Shown here: positions 11,734-25,126 of the stretch, one piece after another
How the letters are laid out: the number at the start of each line of letters is the position of its first letter
How positions within the stretch are numbered: position 1 is the stretch's first letter
NCBI GenBank assembly: GCA_054600435.1
Contig: BAAIJX010000041.1
Location: 1-64,000 of the forward strand
Source of the DNA: Neophaeotheca triangularis
Taxonomy: Eukaryota
DNA length: 64,000 nt
Direction: 5' to 3'
Notes under the pieces: generated by a model
Seen by the model: the letters and a program-made list of their open reading frames with translations, nothing else
Databases searched by the model: none
Told to the model about the DNA's origin: nothing
Made by a program: the position numbers and the translations under genes

Positions 11734-13405
11734 CTATCCCGCGTCTACGTGGGCAGGTTTTGAGTGTCGAATGCGCCTCCATCCGACTTCCTTCAGAGGT
11801 AGCGGCAAATCGGGGTGTGCTTGATGCAAGCCATCGTGAGGATGATGGCCGCCTCGCGCATGGAAATGTCCATGACGCAACGTCTCGATCTCCTTGTCTT
11901 TCCACTCGCGGAGACTGTAGTGCTTGGGCTCATCCCGATGGACAACCCGCATTTTATGAGCGACGTATTTGCTTGCTTGGAGGGCGGAGATGGAGACTCC
12001 GAAGACGATCTGGTGGGTTTGCGTGTTAGTAGGCTGCAACGATACGGCATTGTTTCGCATCTTTTGGAGACTTACTGTGCTGAAGATCACGATAAACCAG
12101 ACAACAGTGAGCAACATTTGCCGAAGCCTCTGCTGCTGCTCTTCAGCCTCGACATCAGAAGCTTCGACGTTACTTTCCAGGAACTCCAGTGACTCGTATA
12201 GGTAGAAGATGGCAGAGACGCCCACCGGTCCAAAGTAACCCATGTAGAGAGCATTTCTCATTCTCTCCACTTCCCCGAGGAAATAATGCAAGCAGGCAAT
12301 GACAGGAGGTCGGCGGAGGATGAGGATCAAAAAACCTAGAGCAACCAGTCTCCCAAGGCTGATGATTTCGCCGCTCGATGTGAAGTCGGGCCAGGGACAG
12401 ACAGCCCCCAGCCACAGGAACATCGCTTGATTCAACATCATATCCAGCGTCGGCTGGAAAGAGTCGTCCATGGTCTGTTCACGAAACCAGTCGTCCCACG
12501 AAATTACGTTGCCGGCCACAAAGCAGGAAAGGATGTCGTCCGAGCCGACCAGTCCGCAGGTGCCAATGAGGAGAAGCACCAAAAACACCGGGAAAGCGTG
12601 GAAGGACTCGCGCTCGACGTAGCGAACACTGTAGCATAGTTTCAATGCTTTTCCGCCTATTAAGCCGAATACTGCTCCCCAGACGACACTGAGGAGTACG
12701 ACATAGACCCAAGTGTCGGCAAACCAGTACCCGATGCCTTCACCGGCTGAGAAGGCGGGCTCCTGCCGCGCCTTGAACAGCCAGAGGCCGAGGAAGACGA
12801 AAGGGTACCCAAGGCCATCATTCGCGCCTGACTCTGCCGCAATGAGCTGCGCCATGTCAGGGGGAATCTGCTCATCTGCGAAACGTCCCTTGATAACGGT
12901 ATTAGCGAGCACGGGATCTGTTGGGCAGACGCACGCTCCCGCAATCAAACACTCCAGGAATGAGACGTTCGAGGTCAAGGCCCAGATAAGTAGCGATGAG
13001 ATGATCCAGCTAATGCCCATTGCTGGACCGACGAGGATCAGCAGTGACCGCCAATGATTGCGGATGTATTGAGCCGGTAGCTGCCAACCAGTGATGAAGA
13101 CCTGGATGCACAGTACTAGGCGTGTGAAGTGGAGGTTAATGGTCGCTATGCCAGCTTCATTCCCAGCGTACTCTAGAGGGCGAATGAAGTTGGCGCCATA
13201 AGATACGGCGACGCCGGCAAGGAGAGCGAGTACTAGTGGGCGTTAGCAGTTGCGATCCAACTTGACGGCAGGTCGACCAACAGGCTTCGGAGATGAACAG
13301 TCGCTCTTTTATCAAATAAGAAAGCAATGCGAGAGCGGTCGTGAACGTTCCTAAAACGCCGCATACTATCTGGAACGTTTCTGGCTCCCATTCCCAGGAC
13401 GCCAT
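11734..13405 (-). CDS. Na+(K+)/H+ antiporter, CPA1 / Nha1-Sod2 family
   Basis: LSYLIKERLFISEA, CVCPTDPVLAN, AESGANDGLGYPF, GSDDILSCF, YFGPVGVSAIFY; introns near both ends. Confidence 0.92.
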
Positions 13406-13895
13406 CGCCGCCGACTACTCGTGAGGTACGAGAAGCATTGGCGGTAATAGTTGTGATACCATGATAATACTACTTATTGATGGAACAGTAAATTTTGTCT
13501 TCGTGCCCTGCTTGGTCCCCTTTATGGCCTTTGCCGCAATCATATATAGGGCTGAGTTGCCTACGGGCCGTCGGAAGCTGCATCAGTGCGGCACATTGCA
13601 TGGCAAATGACTCTGTTTCCCTGGAGCGATGGCAAGACGTTGGTAGTCCAGCAGTAACCCTGGGAACATAGGTAAGTTACGATGGGAAGCTAATGCTCTG
13701 ATGAAGGCGGTTGAGGACTGTCTTAGTTGTTCGACCTCCTTCGAGACCACAATCACTTTAGTAAGCGCTCCGTGTGTGATCGTCGTCCCGAGGTGCGATC
13801 ATGATGTCAATCGTAAACATGTCCACTGTTTGTACCCGACGTCGACAAATAATGTCTATTGCCATCGTTGCCAACACTCGTGAAAGTATTCGACC

Positions 13896-14890
13896 ATGGC
13901 AGCACAATCAAGAGTGGCCGCCGTGACGGGCGCAAACAAGGGGATCGGTCTGGCAATCGGTATGCTCGTCAATGCGCATCAAATGGAGAAGTACGAGTAA
14001 ATGCTGACACCAGACATCACCAAGTCCGCCAACTAGCCCTTCAATACCCAACCTCCACCATCTCAGGCAGCCCTTTCCTGATATACCTTACCGCCCGCTC
14101 TGCCGATCGAGGCGCCGCTGCTGTCAAAGAGCTCAACAATGACCCCCAGCTCAAGCAAGCCAAAGTGCTCGTACAAGACGGGGGTGACACAACCATCAAG
14201 TTCGCGGAACTCGACATCAGCCAGACCAAAAGCATCCAGCAATTCCGAGACTTTCTAAAGAGCGAGCATCCAGACGGTCTCGATGTAGTGATCAACAATG
14301 CTGGCATTGCCATGGACGGCTTCAATGCCGAGGTCGTGAAAACAACGTTGCAGACGAATTACTACGGGACGCTGGAAGCTACGCAAGATCTATTACCGTT
14401 GATGAAGAATGGTGGCCGCATGGTGAATGTCTGCTCCATGGCGGGCAAGTTGAATAAATACTCGGACGAGACGCGGAATGCCTTCATCAAGGCTTCTCAG
14501 ACGGATGTGCCTGCTGTGACGGCGGTGATGGAAAGGTTCAAGGTTGCGGCTGCTGAGGGTAAAGAGAAAGAAGCTGGATTCCCCAGCGCAGCGTACGCCA
14601 CCAGCAAAGCTGGAGAGATTGCTATGACCAAGGTCGTTGCAGCAGAAGAAGCCAAGAGGGGAAGAGGGGTTCTTTTGAACGCTTGCTGTCCGGGCTATGT
14701 GAACACGGTGAGTAATGCTTTGCCAGTTCATCCTTTCAAACGTGCTGATGATTCTCGCCAGGATATGACCAAGGGTCGCGGCGCGAAGACGATCGATCAA
14801 GGCGCACAAACGCCCGTAATGTTAGCTTTGCAAGACATTGGCGGAAAGCATGGCGGCTTCTGGCAGAGTGAGAAGGAGCTCGAATGGTAG
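13896..14890 (+). CDS. Carbonyl reductase-like short-chain dehydrogenase/reductase
   Basis: Exon 1 MAAQSRVAAVTGANKGIGLAI; NNAGI, YATSK catalytic YxxxK, CCPGYVNT/DMTKG; two introns. Confidence 0.92.
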
Positions 14891-16060
14891 CCGAGCAGTG
14901 AATGAATATGATTCCAAATCTACGAGGGTTTTGTTTAAGACGATCATTAAAGACTGGGTGCCATAGCAATAATGAGTGCCTCCAGTTGGCGAGGTCAATC
15001 ATTCACGGGCGGCCTCGCAGCGAGTAAATCGATGGATGGACGAAGAAGGTAGGTTCAGTCTAGGTTGACATGGCTAGGACAACGGACGACATTGTCGACT
15101 GAGAACCCCCTTTGCCGCTGCCGAACTCCGGAGGAAATCCTGCCAGGTCGGACCTTATTAGGACCTAGACCCCTCCTAAGGAGCGAACGATCGCGATGGT
15201 AGGCGTCAAAGTCGGTCACACTACCGTAGAAATGCTCTTCGTCGTCCAAGTTGCGAGGAGGGGCGAGCGTTACTCTTAAGGCAGAAGCCCTTCTCAAAGA
15301 ATACGGGCTACCGCATACTCGGATATCTAGCTCGCTAGAGGAACGCGTTACGGCGGACACCGCATGTCATTGAGTTGAGATCTTCGTGATGGGATGGCAG
15401 CCAGGAAAACGGCTCCTTGCCGAGTTCTTCGCTTGTCTTGGTTGAATCGCTATTCACGCGGGTAAGGCAAACGGTCGAGAGAAGGAGTGGAAGCCAGTAG
15501 ATGGATAGAAGGCTGCTCCAACTGGCTTTTTCGTGCGATTCAAGTAGCCAAGTGGGGTGGCGGTGCCAGTATCGAGCAGGTAGAGATCTAGGAGGTAAGC
15601 CTTCTGGTGCCGCGGGGATTGCCGCCAATTATCAACGACATGCAATGTTCGATTGAGACAGGAGAATCAGGGCTTTTCTACAACCTGGGCAGGAAAAGAA
15701 TCCGCATACCACCATTCTTCCCCACGGCGTGATGTCAAATCGCAGTCGTAAACTTTTATCTTCGCACCGTAAATGGCTTGTCTACTTAAATGTAGTTGAG
15801 GGGCCTTTAGTACTGTTCGTTTTCGCAGAGACAGCAAGAACGGGTGTTGTGTTAGGGGCGTAATTTTTTTCGTGCTTAGGTTTCTTTTGTGATTTGATTG
15901 AGACTGAGACCATGACAGCCTTCAAGTTGACAAGAGACTAAGAATGCGTTGTAATTATTTGAGCGTGCCTTGACCTAATTACCAGTCGTCAAACACCGCG
16001 ATATGTAGATTGCTCCTTCTTACTAGTATGTAGAGCAATGACTTTGCTATCCCTAAGCTC

Positions 16061-19000
16061 TTAAATCGCCCCATTTCTCAACTCCCCTAGATCACTCCGC
16101 CAGTTCGCTTCCGAAGCCAAAGCCTCCGCAAGCCGGATGACTTCCGCCAACATATCCTCGACCTCCGACGGCGTGAGCTGAGCATCGTCCCAACTCGGCA
16201 TGACGGCCACCTGAGTCGCACTGAGCTGCATGACATTCCACAAAATGCCCACGTCCGTACGACTGACCTGCTGGATCTTTCGAAGACTCTGAAAATCTCC
16301 TAGTCTTGAGCTTGGAAGCCAGTTGAAAATCTGCCGGCGCAAGGCATCGACCATGACGTCGCCATCACCACTGCCGTCGGAGTTTAGCTGCGCGACAACG
16401 TCGTCAAAGGGCGCGTGGGCGTTTGCGGTGAGCTCGCCTTGCTCGGTTTGGGCTTTTTGGAGTAATTCGAGGACGGAGTCGTGACCTGTTGTCTTAATTG
16501 CGACGACAATGGCCTGTACCATTGGACCGTCTACTTCCATCGCAGGTGGCAGGCGGGATATCTGCCACTCTTGCAGGTGAGGCCAAGTCCGTGAGGCCTG
16601 ATATTGAGCGAAGAGGGCCGTGTCTCCTCCGGTGAGCTTGGTGTTGAGGAGAGCCAGTGCAACTTCCATGACCGTGGAAGTATCGATGCCGTGCTTCTGC
16701 TTGAGGGTCTGAGTATCAGGAAGATCGCATGTGTTTGAGAGCCCCGTCACGCCATCTCCGCCAGGGGTCAACGAGGTGCGGCTCGGGCCTGGCTTCCCAG
16801 TGGACAAGTCCAGCCAGGCGGTAGAGTCACCTTTGAACCATTCTGGCGCTCTTTGCTTGGGAAACAGGCAGTTTTTCTTGGTGCCACATCCACGCAGTCG
16901 GCTTACGTTCCAATCCACTGCCAGCTTCGAGGATTGCGAATGCCTCAACATGTACTCCGAGTCGATCCACGCTTTGAAGGGCACTCGTTGCGCTAGCGAA
17001 GCCACATCCTTGCCGCTGATGAGTGCGTCCAGGTCTTCTAAGAAGAACGGAAGGCTGATGCCATCGAAGGTGGAGTGCTGAGCCATGTAAACTATGCCTG
17101 CGCAGTTCTCCTCCTTGACATGCGCCAGGGCGACGCGGAATAACGGGCTTGGGAAAGCGGCAAAGTCGTATTGCTGATTGTTCCACAATAGTCGTTTCAA
17201 GTCCTCCGCTGTATCAACGGGCTCGGCTACTATGATGCAGTGTTTCCATAACTTCTCTGAAGGCCGGACAATGACATGGAGGGGAGTATCTTCATCAAAC
17301 CGGATCGCGAGCGTACGCAGCATGTCGTGCTGTGAAAGGGCCTTTTCGACGGCAATTTGACAGTCTTTGACGCTTCCTCCGTCAGCTACGAATGCGTGTC
17401 GGTGATTGTTGCTCTGCGGTCTACGCTTTTGGAGAAAGCGTTTTTGGAAGCTGTACATGGGAAGGACGTCTGCAATCATCAAAATTAGTCTATGCTTCCA
17501 GGTAAGGTCATGATCAAACCGGCCTTACATTGCACGTCATCCCAATCTGACCCCATAGGGCTCATCAGCTCCTCGCAAAGCCTACGTGTCCTCTCGAAAC
17601 GTTCGTGGTTGCCATGCGCGTGAACCATTTCTTCCAGTCGAGTAGGCCCCGAGGGCAATTCAATGATCGGCGCGCTTTGCTCCGTTTGCTGAGAACCTGT
17701 ATGTCTGTCAGCGGTTCTGCGTCACCTTCTTCCACGAGATGGCTCATACGACTGTTGAGTAACTCAGGTTGAGCTGCTGGGGTGTTGTGGGCGGCTATCT
17801 CCTGCCTGATAGCAAAGTCAGCCAGTCCTCTGCACTCATTTTCTTGAACGATCGACTCACACGGTGATCTGGAGACCAGTACGCCTTCGTAAGACACCCG
17901 GGAAACGAGCAACGACCAGACTGTCTGCCCAGTCGGAGACTTGATTGTCTGTCGTGAATTTATCCACCCCCAGTAAATTCCGCCAAATATCTGTCACCTG
18001 TTCGGCGGTGGCGCCAGAGGCGCCATCTTGAACTTTGACGGCGTCGGCTTGAGAAGCTCGCTCCATATTCTTGACCAGCCGTTCTTGCAAGACATTTTTT
18101 TGAACCATACCACTAGCAGTCTTGGGAAAATCGGTCAGCTCCAAGGCATCGAGTCGGATGGTTTCTTGTAAAGCATATCCTTGGCCCAAATGTTTGATTA
18201 GAGTTTCTTGTATGCTTGAGAAAGGAACGTCGTTTTCAGCCGCGGCCTTGGTAACAGCGACAGGAACCTCGCCGGCGACTTCATCGGGTAGTCCTACAAA
18301 ATCCGACTGCAGGCCGAATTTCCCGATCAGTATATCCTCGATGTACTTGGGCGAGATGTTCTCTCCGCCGCGGATGATTAGATGTTTGTATCGGCCAACA
18401 ATTTGGATGGCGCCGTCTTTGTGCATGATTGCCTGGTCACCGGTTTTCAACCATCTCTCACCTTCGACTTCTACAAACACTTTGTTTGATTCTTCAGGAG
18501 TCTGACTCCAGTACCCGGATAGGACCATAGAGCCACTCATCCAAAGTTCACCGTCCACCCCCCGTTCGCACAGTGCTCCAGTGGTCGGGTCGCAGACGCG
18601 GAGTTTGGTGCCGGGGAGGGCCTTTCCGGATGTAACCTTGTCAGGGACCTGCTCCATGATATTTGAAGACGCTATCGCGCCTTCAGTCATACCCCAGGTT
18701 TCGCCAATTCTAGTGCAGCTCAAATCATCCAAGACGTTTTTCACGCAACTTGGACTGATCGTCGTGGCCCCTAGAAAGCCGAATTCGAGGCAACTAGTAT
18801 CTGTTCCGGCTTTGTCGGGGTGCTCAAGTAGTGCGGTCACTTAGGGTTAGGTAACTGCTCTTGAAGAGAGGGCTACCGGCGTGCGAGGCGAGCAAATCGG
18901 CGGGTTGGTGCAAGCATACGAGGGCAAAGTCGCTGGGGTTTTTGGGCCCTTGCTTGAGCAAGTCATGGAGTGCTGTCGAAGCATTGGAAGTCAGCGTAGG

Positions 19001-19124
19001 TTCCGTCCGCTTTGAACGGTGATCTTTGGTGACCGAACTGTGTCTTGGAGAGAACAAGGCATAGGCACACACCAGGGAATGGTCCTGCCACACCTCCGTC
19101 GTACGTAGACAGTAACTTTTCCAT
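16061..19124 (-). pseudogene. NRPS-like A-T-C (acyl-CoA ligase-type adenylation, carrier, condensation) gene with a large internal deletion and frameshift in the A domain
   Basis: N-terminus MEKLLSTYDGG...ALVCLHQPADLL...SYLT is joined out of frame at ~18841 to VTALLEHP...WGMTE...WLKTGD...GRYKHLIIRGGENI...PKTASG. Then carrier WADSL and C domain QHSTFDG. No TSG(T/S)TGxPKG P-loop is present. Confidence 0.8.
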
Positions 19125-20221
19125 ATTCCTTGAACAGTTGATGATCTTGAAGCTGTATGGCGTCGAAGATCAGGGCGCCGGCGTCCTTCAATAAGTCCTC
19201 ACTACTGTTCATACCGGGCGTGTGACAAGCTCAATGTTTGTATTAGCCCTTTGCGTCATCGAGCAAGCAACTACACCTATACCTCCTAACCAAGTAATTG
19301 CAAATGGAGTCCAAAGTCCACACTAAGTCGTCAAGAGCCACTTGGAACACTTTACCGGGAGGGTGGGCAGATCTACAGCCTTGACGATCGGATAACAGGC
19401 GTTAGTAGAATTCTAATGAGATCACAGGTAGTAGTAGTGAAGAAATCGGAGCCTTCGGATTCAGAATCGAGACTTTCGGCGATCCTCGAGCTGTTTGGCC
19501 TTGCCAGTAAGAGACTGGAAATATTTCCATGAGGTTGTGTTTACAATAATAATGATGATGATAGTAACAAACGCGTTCGAGGCCGGGTCATCCAGTGCGA
19601 GAGTTCAAAGCATGACGAGTTCAACCCTGTTCGTAAATGTGGCCCAAATCCCCCGTAGATCATTGCCTTGTTGCGGGATTGCACTTGTTCCACGGGCAGG
19701 TGAAATTGGGATGGTCGGAACAGACCGAGCTTGAGGTTAATAACGCTTGGTTGTTGATGAGTTTGCGATTGGGATCCAGTAGTGGAGGATCTGTAAGATA
19801 ACTGGAGACCTAGAAGTTGCTTGAGATGTGGTGGTGGCCAATCCGCCCTGCCAAGTCCCCGCTTGTAGAAGCTTGTATATTACTTTGACCTTACCCCCAG
19901 CTTAGCTCGCCTCCGATAGACCAGACTTCTATATGGTGATGCATCTTTTCGTAGGTATGTACTTCAATCAAGCGAAGGCTCATCTGCTCCCTTGAATGAC
20001 ACAAGTAGTATACAAATGCAGTTGCTATCTACTCGTGCTCTACTGTAGCGTGCCCTAACCCGTACCCTATTTAAGCTGCTTGAGTTGCTCTAGAGGACAG
20101 GGGGCATGGCGAGGAAAAGATATGCTTGAGAAGATTCCACTACCGCAAAAGCCCGCCAACAGTTCTCCTTACTTCCGTTGCTCAACGAACCCTGAGTCCT
20201 GCGAGCTTCTCCTACGACCTC

Positions 20222-22652
20222 TCATCCCCCACCCTTAGCCCGACTCATCGGCCCCCAATTCTCGCGCGGATTCTGCTGATAGCGAACAAGTTTCTTCGCC
20301 TTGCCCTTGCCCTTGCCCTTACCAACATTCTCATCCTTACCCAACACTTCGTCAAAAACGACCGTCAGGCTCGAAGGATCAGTGTTAGCAGGTGGAGGCT
20401 GCGGGGGAGAAAGAACCTTCCCCTCAGAGGAGAGGGCCAAGTCTTGCACTTGGGCAGCCTTTTCAATGACGATTTCGGGCGTCTCGGCGTCCTCTTGCCC
20501 GCCGACTGCTTCAGTGCCCATCGCCTCCGAGCTTGTAGTAGCCGTTTCCCCGCCATCCACTTCAGCGCGTGGCTCGACCATCCTAGCCTTCCTCATGATC
20601 CTCTCGCCGACGCTCCCTTCCTTCAGACTCCCAGGCTTTATAGGTTTCCTCTGCCGCGCCCATTCGCGCATAATCTCCCATATGATATTCCACGGCGCAT
20701 TCGTCTTGATACTGCCGGGTTTGGCATGGGATCTTGTGGCGACATAGCCGAGGTGGCGGAGAGCGCCTTTGATAGCCGCTTCGGGCGGGGCGATGCAGTG
20801 GATTATACCGGAGAGGAGGGAGGGGAAGAAGAAGAAGGGATGGGGATCGCCTGCTTCGGCAGGAACGGCGGGGATCAGGTCAGGAGTTTGGTTGGTTGCG
20901 TCGATAGCAGAGTTTGAAGACGGTTTGAGGGGGTTCGGGTTGACGAGGAGCTCGTCGAGGGCCGTGTCCAGCATGCCTTCTAACCGGGGTTTGGTGGCAT
21001 AGACGGTTGGGTCAGCGCTTTCGACTTCCGCAAGGACGTTCTCGATGAAGGCTGAGTTGTGCAAGGGGCCTGCCCACATGGGTCCGGCGACGTGGGTTTT
21101 ACTACCGCAATGTTCGCAGAATCGGTCGGCGGAGGGCGCTTGCGAGATGCTATGTTTCCAGATGACATTGCCGTTTTTGCTCGTCTGTTTGGTGTCGCGG
21201 CCGAGCTTCTGTGTAGTCCAGGCTCCGCACCCACTGTCGCAACTGTACACTAGCATTGTTTTACCGGCGAGGAATTTCACATCGGCAGGACTTTTGCGCA
21301 CGCGGATAAAGACTCGCACGTAGTAGTCTATACTCAGCGAGAGCAGGGGTTCAATCGAAAGGCCCTGGCGGCCGGCCGAGGTGGCGACAGATTGGATTAT
21401 AAGGCGAAGACCTCCTTCGTGGGAGTGCGCACCTTTGATTGGGAGACCACCGTAAAGTGAAAAAGTCTTTTCGGAGTACCCGCAGGATGCGAATACGCCG
21501 GAGTCGGTGCAGGTTACGCAGAGCATGCCGCCGTCGTTGAGGGCTTGAAGTGCGGCATCAATGAAGGGGGCTGCTGTACCGTAGGGGTCTAGATCTATTA
21601 CGTCGTGTTTCTCGTTGATATGACCTGGTCCGTGACTGTGTGCTGGTGGATGCGCGACAGAATACATGTGCCCAATAGCGTTGCCGACATTCGTGCTGAT
21701 CTTGGGAGTGAGTTTGTTGTGTTGCACGTTCAAGGCTATGCTTTTGGTGGCGTTTTTGTCCATGTCGTTGGCGACGATGGAGGTCGCAAAGGGTATTTCC
21801 TGAGCATATCGCAGAGCTCGTAGGCCTGTAGCGGACAGCGCGTCGAGAATGCGAAACTTGGTTTGAGAAGGCGCAGGCCGCCCATTAGCATTGTCTGTGT
21901 GGTTTTTGTGCGGTCCAGAAGCGTCCTTGGGTTGGTCTGCTGAGCTTGTCCCACCCTTCTCGTCCGCATTTGTATCCATTCCTTCACTGACGGCCAGCAC
22001 AGCTTCATCTCCAGCCTCAGTAACTGGCGGCCCATCCTCTGTTGTCTCCCCAGCACCTCGAGACGGACCCTCATCGTTCCTGGGCAGCTTCACTCCTCCC
22101 TCATCCTCTCCACCTTCAACCTCCTTGCGCTTCCTCTTCCTCTGCTTCTTCCCAGCGCTCCGCTCCTTCAACAACCCCGACCTCACCTTCCTTTTCTTCA
22201 CCAGATCTTCCCCGAAGGCCTTGATAGCCAGAACACTGAGATCGCGGTTGAATTGCTGTATAGGATTGTAGAAGACACTCTGAGGAACATCGTCATCTGC
22301 ATTGACCTACCTTTTAGCTAGCCATCCAAGCTACCTAGCATGGCGTCCTAGGTGTGATATAGCGCTTACCTGACTTGGCTTTGGTTGGGTTCTGTGAGGT
22401 TTTCGCTTCAGGTGGGATGAGGATGTAGGCTAGACCTTCTTGTACAGTGGTGTAGGTTTTACTTTCATGGTCGACAAGTTGTTTCGCTTTTGGGGCGGCA
22501 GTGATGGGCACTGCCTGCTCCTGCGAGACCATGTTGGTCGTGGTCGTTCTGCGCAGTCCGGTCTGGGTAGGGTAAGACGAGCCCGTCGTAATGCACCAAA
22601 TATAGCGGATCCTGCAGGTTCGCTTTGTTATGGCAGTGAACGAGGGAAACAT
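20222..22652 (-). CDS. TRM1: tRNA (guanine26-N2,N2)-dimethyltransferase
   Basis: VQEGLAYIL / VFYNPIQQFNRDLSV, ILDALSATGLRALRYA, DVIDLDPYGTAAPFID, LSIDYYVRVF, Zn-finger C..C, YQQNPRENWGP; alternative ATG at 22532. Confidence 0.95.
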
Positions 22653-23195
22653 GCGTGAAGCACAAGTCTCGACAATACCACTACTACTGATTTGAACGGT
22701 AAAGGTAGCGCAGGCAAGCGAAAAAGTTGGAGGTGAAGTCGAAAGTTCGGAGTTCGGAGTTGGGGTCGGTGAAGACGGCAGACAGACACCTCAGGCTCCG
22801 GCCGGATGTGGATGTGGATGTGGACCCTGACAATTTCCGGGGCGGGTTCCAATTGTTGCTGAGTCTCATCGTCGTCTCATCCGACGGCAACCTCGGCCAA
22901 GAGGATGCCCAAAAGTGTCCATATCACTCAGACCACTCCTTCTTCCACTCAACCGCTCCGCATCCCCCCCAGAAACAAGATACCCTAAGACTCTACCTAT
23001 GAAGAAGCGGGTATATATGGCGCACTCCAACTAGTGGCTGTCATCTGCGAGGTAATCCAACAAGGAACAACATTCACCGGCGCAGCTATTAGGTTACCGC
23101 ATCGGGAAGGCAGCACGTGCTCCTGTACCACCCACCCCCTGTTCACGCCGCCACCATCGTCAGGGGCAAAACGAAAAACCACCAAAGAAATCACA

Positions 23196-24810
23196 ATGGC
23201 AGACACAATTAGGCCCGCAAGCAAACGCCGCCGTATATCCAGCAGCGCGGCAGACCTCCACACGACAATCTCGCAACCAGGGAGCATCAAAATAAACGTT
23301 TCCGGCGCCTACATAATCGACCACGACAGCAGCAGTAGTGGCGAAAATTCACCTCCTGAAAGCAGCTCGAGCAGTCCGCGTAGCCAACACGCTAACGCCA
23401 ATTCTCTCTCCAAAATCTCAAGCAGCCACAGCCAAGAGGACGCCGAACAAGGCTACCAGCACCACAAACGCGACATCCGGTTACCAAACCACACGGCGAC
23501 GGTCTCGCACGTAGCAGCTGACATTGGAGGCTCCCTGGCCAAAATCGTCTACTTCTCCCGCGAAGGCAGCGGCAACAATGCCTCTAAAGCAACAACAGGA
23601 GCCTCACCACAGGGATCGACAGAGAGTGGCGGCCGGCTGCACTTCCTCTCCTTCGAAACGGAGCGCATAGACGAATGCATCGAGTATCTGCGGGGTCTGC
23701 AGAGCAAACATGCCGAAAACAACGCCGCCTCCACAACGCCATCAAAACAAAACAGCTCCAATGCCAAACTGTCCGTCATGGCCACAGGCGGCGGCGCATT
23801 CAAATTCTACGACCTGATCAAAGACCGTCTAAACTTGGACATCATCCGCGAAGACGAGATGGAATGTCTGATCAAAGGCTTGGATTTCTTCATCACCCAG
23901 ATCCCCGATGAGGTTTTTACCTATAGCGACGAGAGCGCAACGTCCGCGGCTGACAGCAGCGGCGAGAACGAGGCCGCCATGTGTTACCAACCCGCCACTG
24001 CAGACGTCTACCCGTACTTGCTCGTGAACATTGGCAGCGGCGTGAGTATGATCAAGGTGTCCGGACCGTCGCAGTACCAGCGGATCGGGGGCACGAGTTT
24101 GGGCGGCGGGACGCTGTGGGGGTTGTTGAGTTTGCTGACGGGTGCGCGGAATTTCGACGACATGCTGGACATGGCGGACCGAGGCGATAACGCGAATGTG
24201 GATCTGTTGGTTGGGGATATTTATGGGAGTGGCATGGGGTATGAGAAAATTGGCTTGAGTGAGCGGACGATTGCGAGTAGTTTCGGGAAAGTTTTGAAGA
24301 GGAAGAGGGAGGCTGAGAGGAGCGCGGAAGATGGGAGTCAGTTGGGAAATGGAGAGGGGAAGGCTGGGGTGGATGATGAAGGGGAGGTGAAAGTTGACGT
24401 CGAGAGGAGGCAGTTGGTGGGCGATGGGAGGATGTTCAAACCTGAGGATATCTCGCGGTCGTTGCTTTATGCTATCAGGTATGGCCTACCACGCTCACGC
24501 CTACTAATATTCGCATGCGCGAGGAATCTTTGTAGTTTACTAACTATGCCCCAGCAACAACATTGGCCAAATTTCCTACCTCCAGAGCGAAAAACACGAC
24601 CTTCAACGCATCTATTTCGGCGGCAGTTTCATCCGAGGCCACTTACAAACCATCCACACGCTCTCTTTCGCCATCAAGTTCTGGTCCAAGGGCACAAAGC
24701 AAGCGTACTTTCTGCGTCATGAAGGCTACCTTGGTGCTGTGGGAGCCTTTTTGAAACGCAAACCCGTTAATTGGGGACGTAGGGGAAGTTTTGATGTCGT
24801 GGAGGAGTGA
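23196..24810 (+). CDS. CAB1: Type II pantothenate kinase (Fumble family)
   Basis: [44 protein letters not shown]; intron 24479-24554, then NNIGQI...[15 protein letters not shown]. Confidence 0.95.
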
Positions 24811-25126
24811 GCGTGAACTTTTTATGGTCTCAAGCGTTCGCCAATTGCATGGACGGAGATAGACGGATACCTGGTAGATTGTGTGTATACAAGATACAGC
24901 TGTATTTTACAAGTTACAGTCGACAAGCGGTTTGCGTACAGCTTCTTGGGCACTGTGGCAATGCTGGGTATGTGCTTGCGCGCCGTTGTCAAAACACCGC
25001 CGTGAAACCAGCAACACCAGACTCCGCGCTCCAAAAGACAACCAAATCCATGTTTTAACCCAGCCGAATCAAACTCCACACCCCATCTCATGCTAGCAAT
25101 GTCCAATTCCATAACACATGCAACCA

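Noticed and set aside
13960..14024. AAG 3' splice acceptors (SDR intron 1, also ATR and MFS introns)
   Set aside because: A minor but known acceptor in fungi; not novel.
15055..15645. Short minus-strand ORFs between the SDR and NRPS-like genes
   Set aside because: No recognisable motif or coherent splice model.
20053..20069. CCCTAACCCgtACCCTA telomere-like relic near the accessory/core boundary
   Set aside because: Only 9 perfect bases, expected by chance in 64 kb, with no independent junction evidence.
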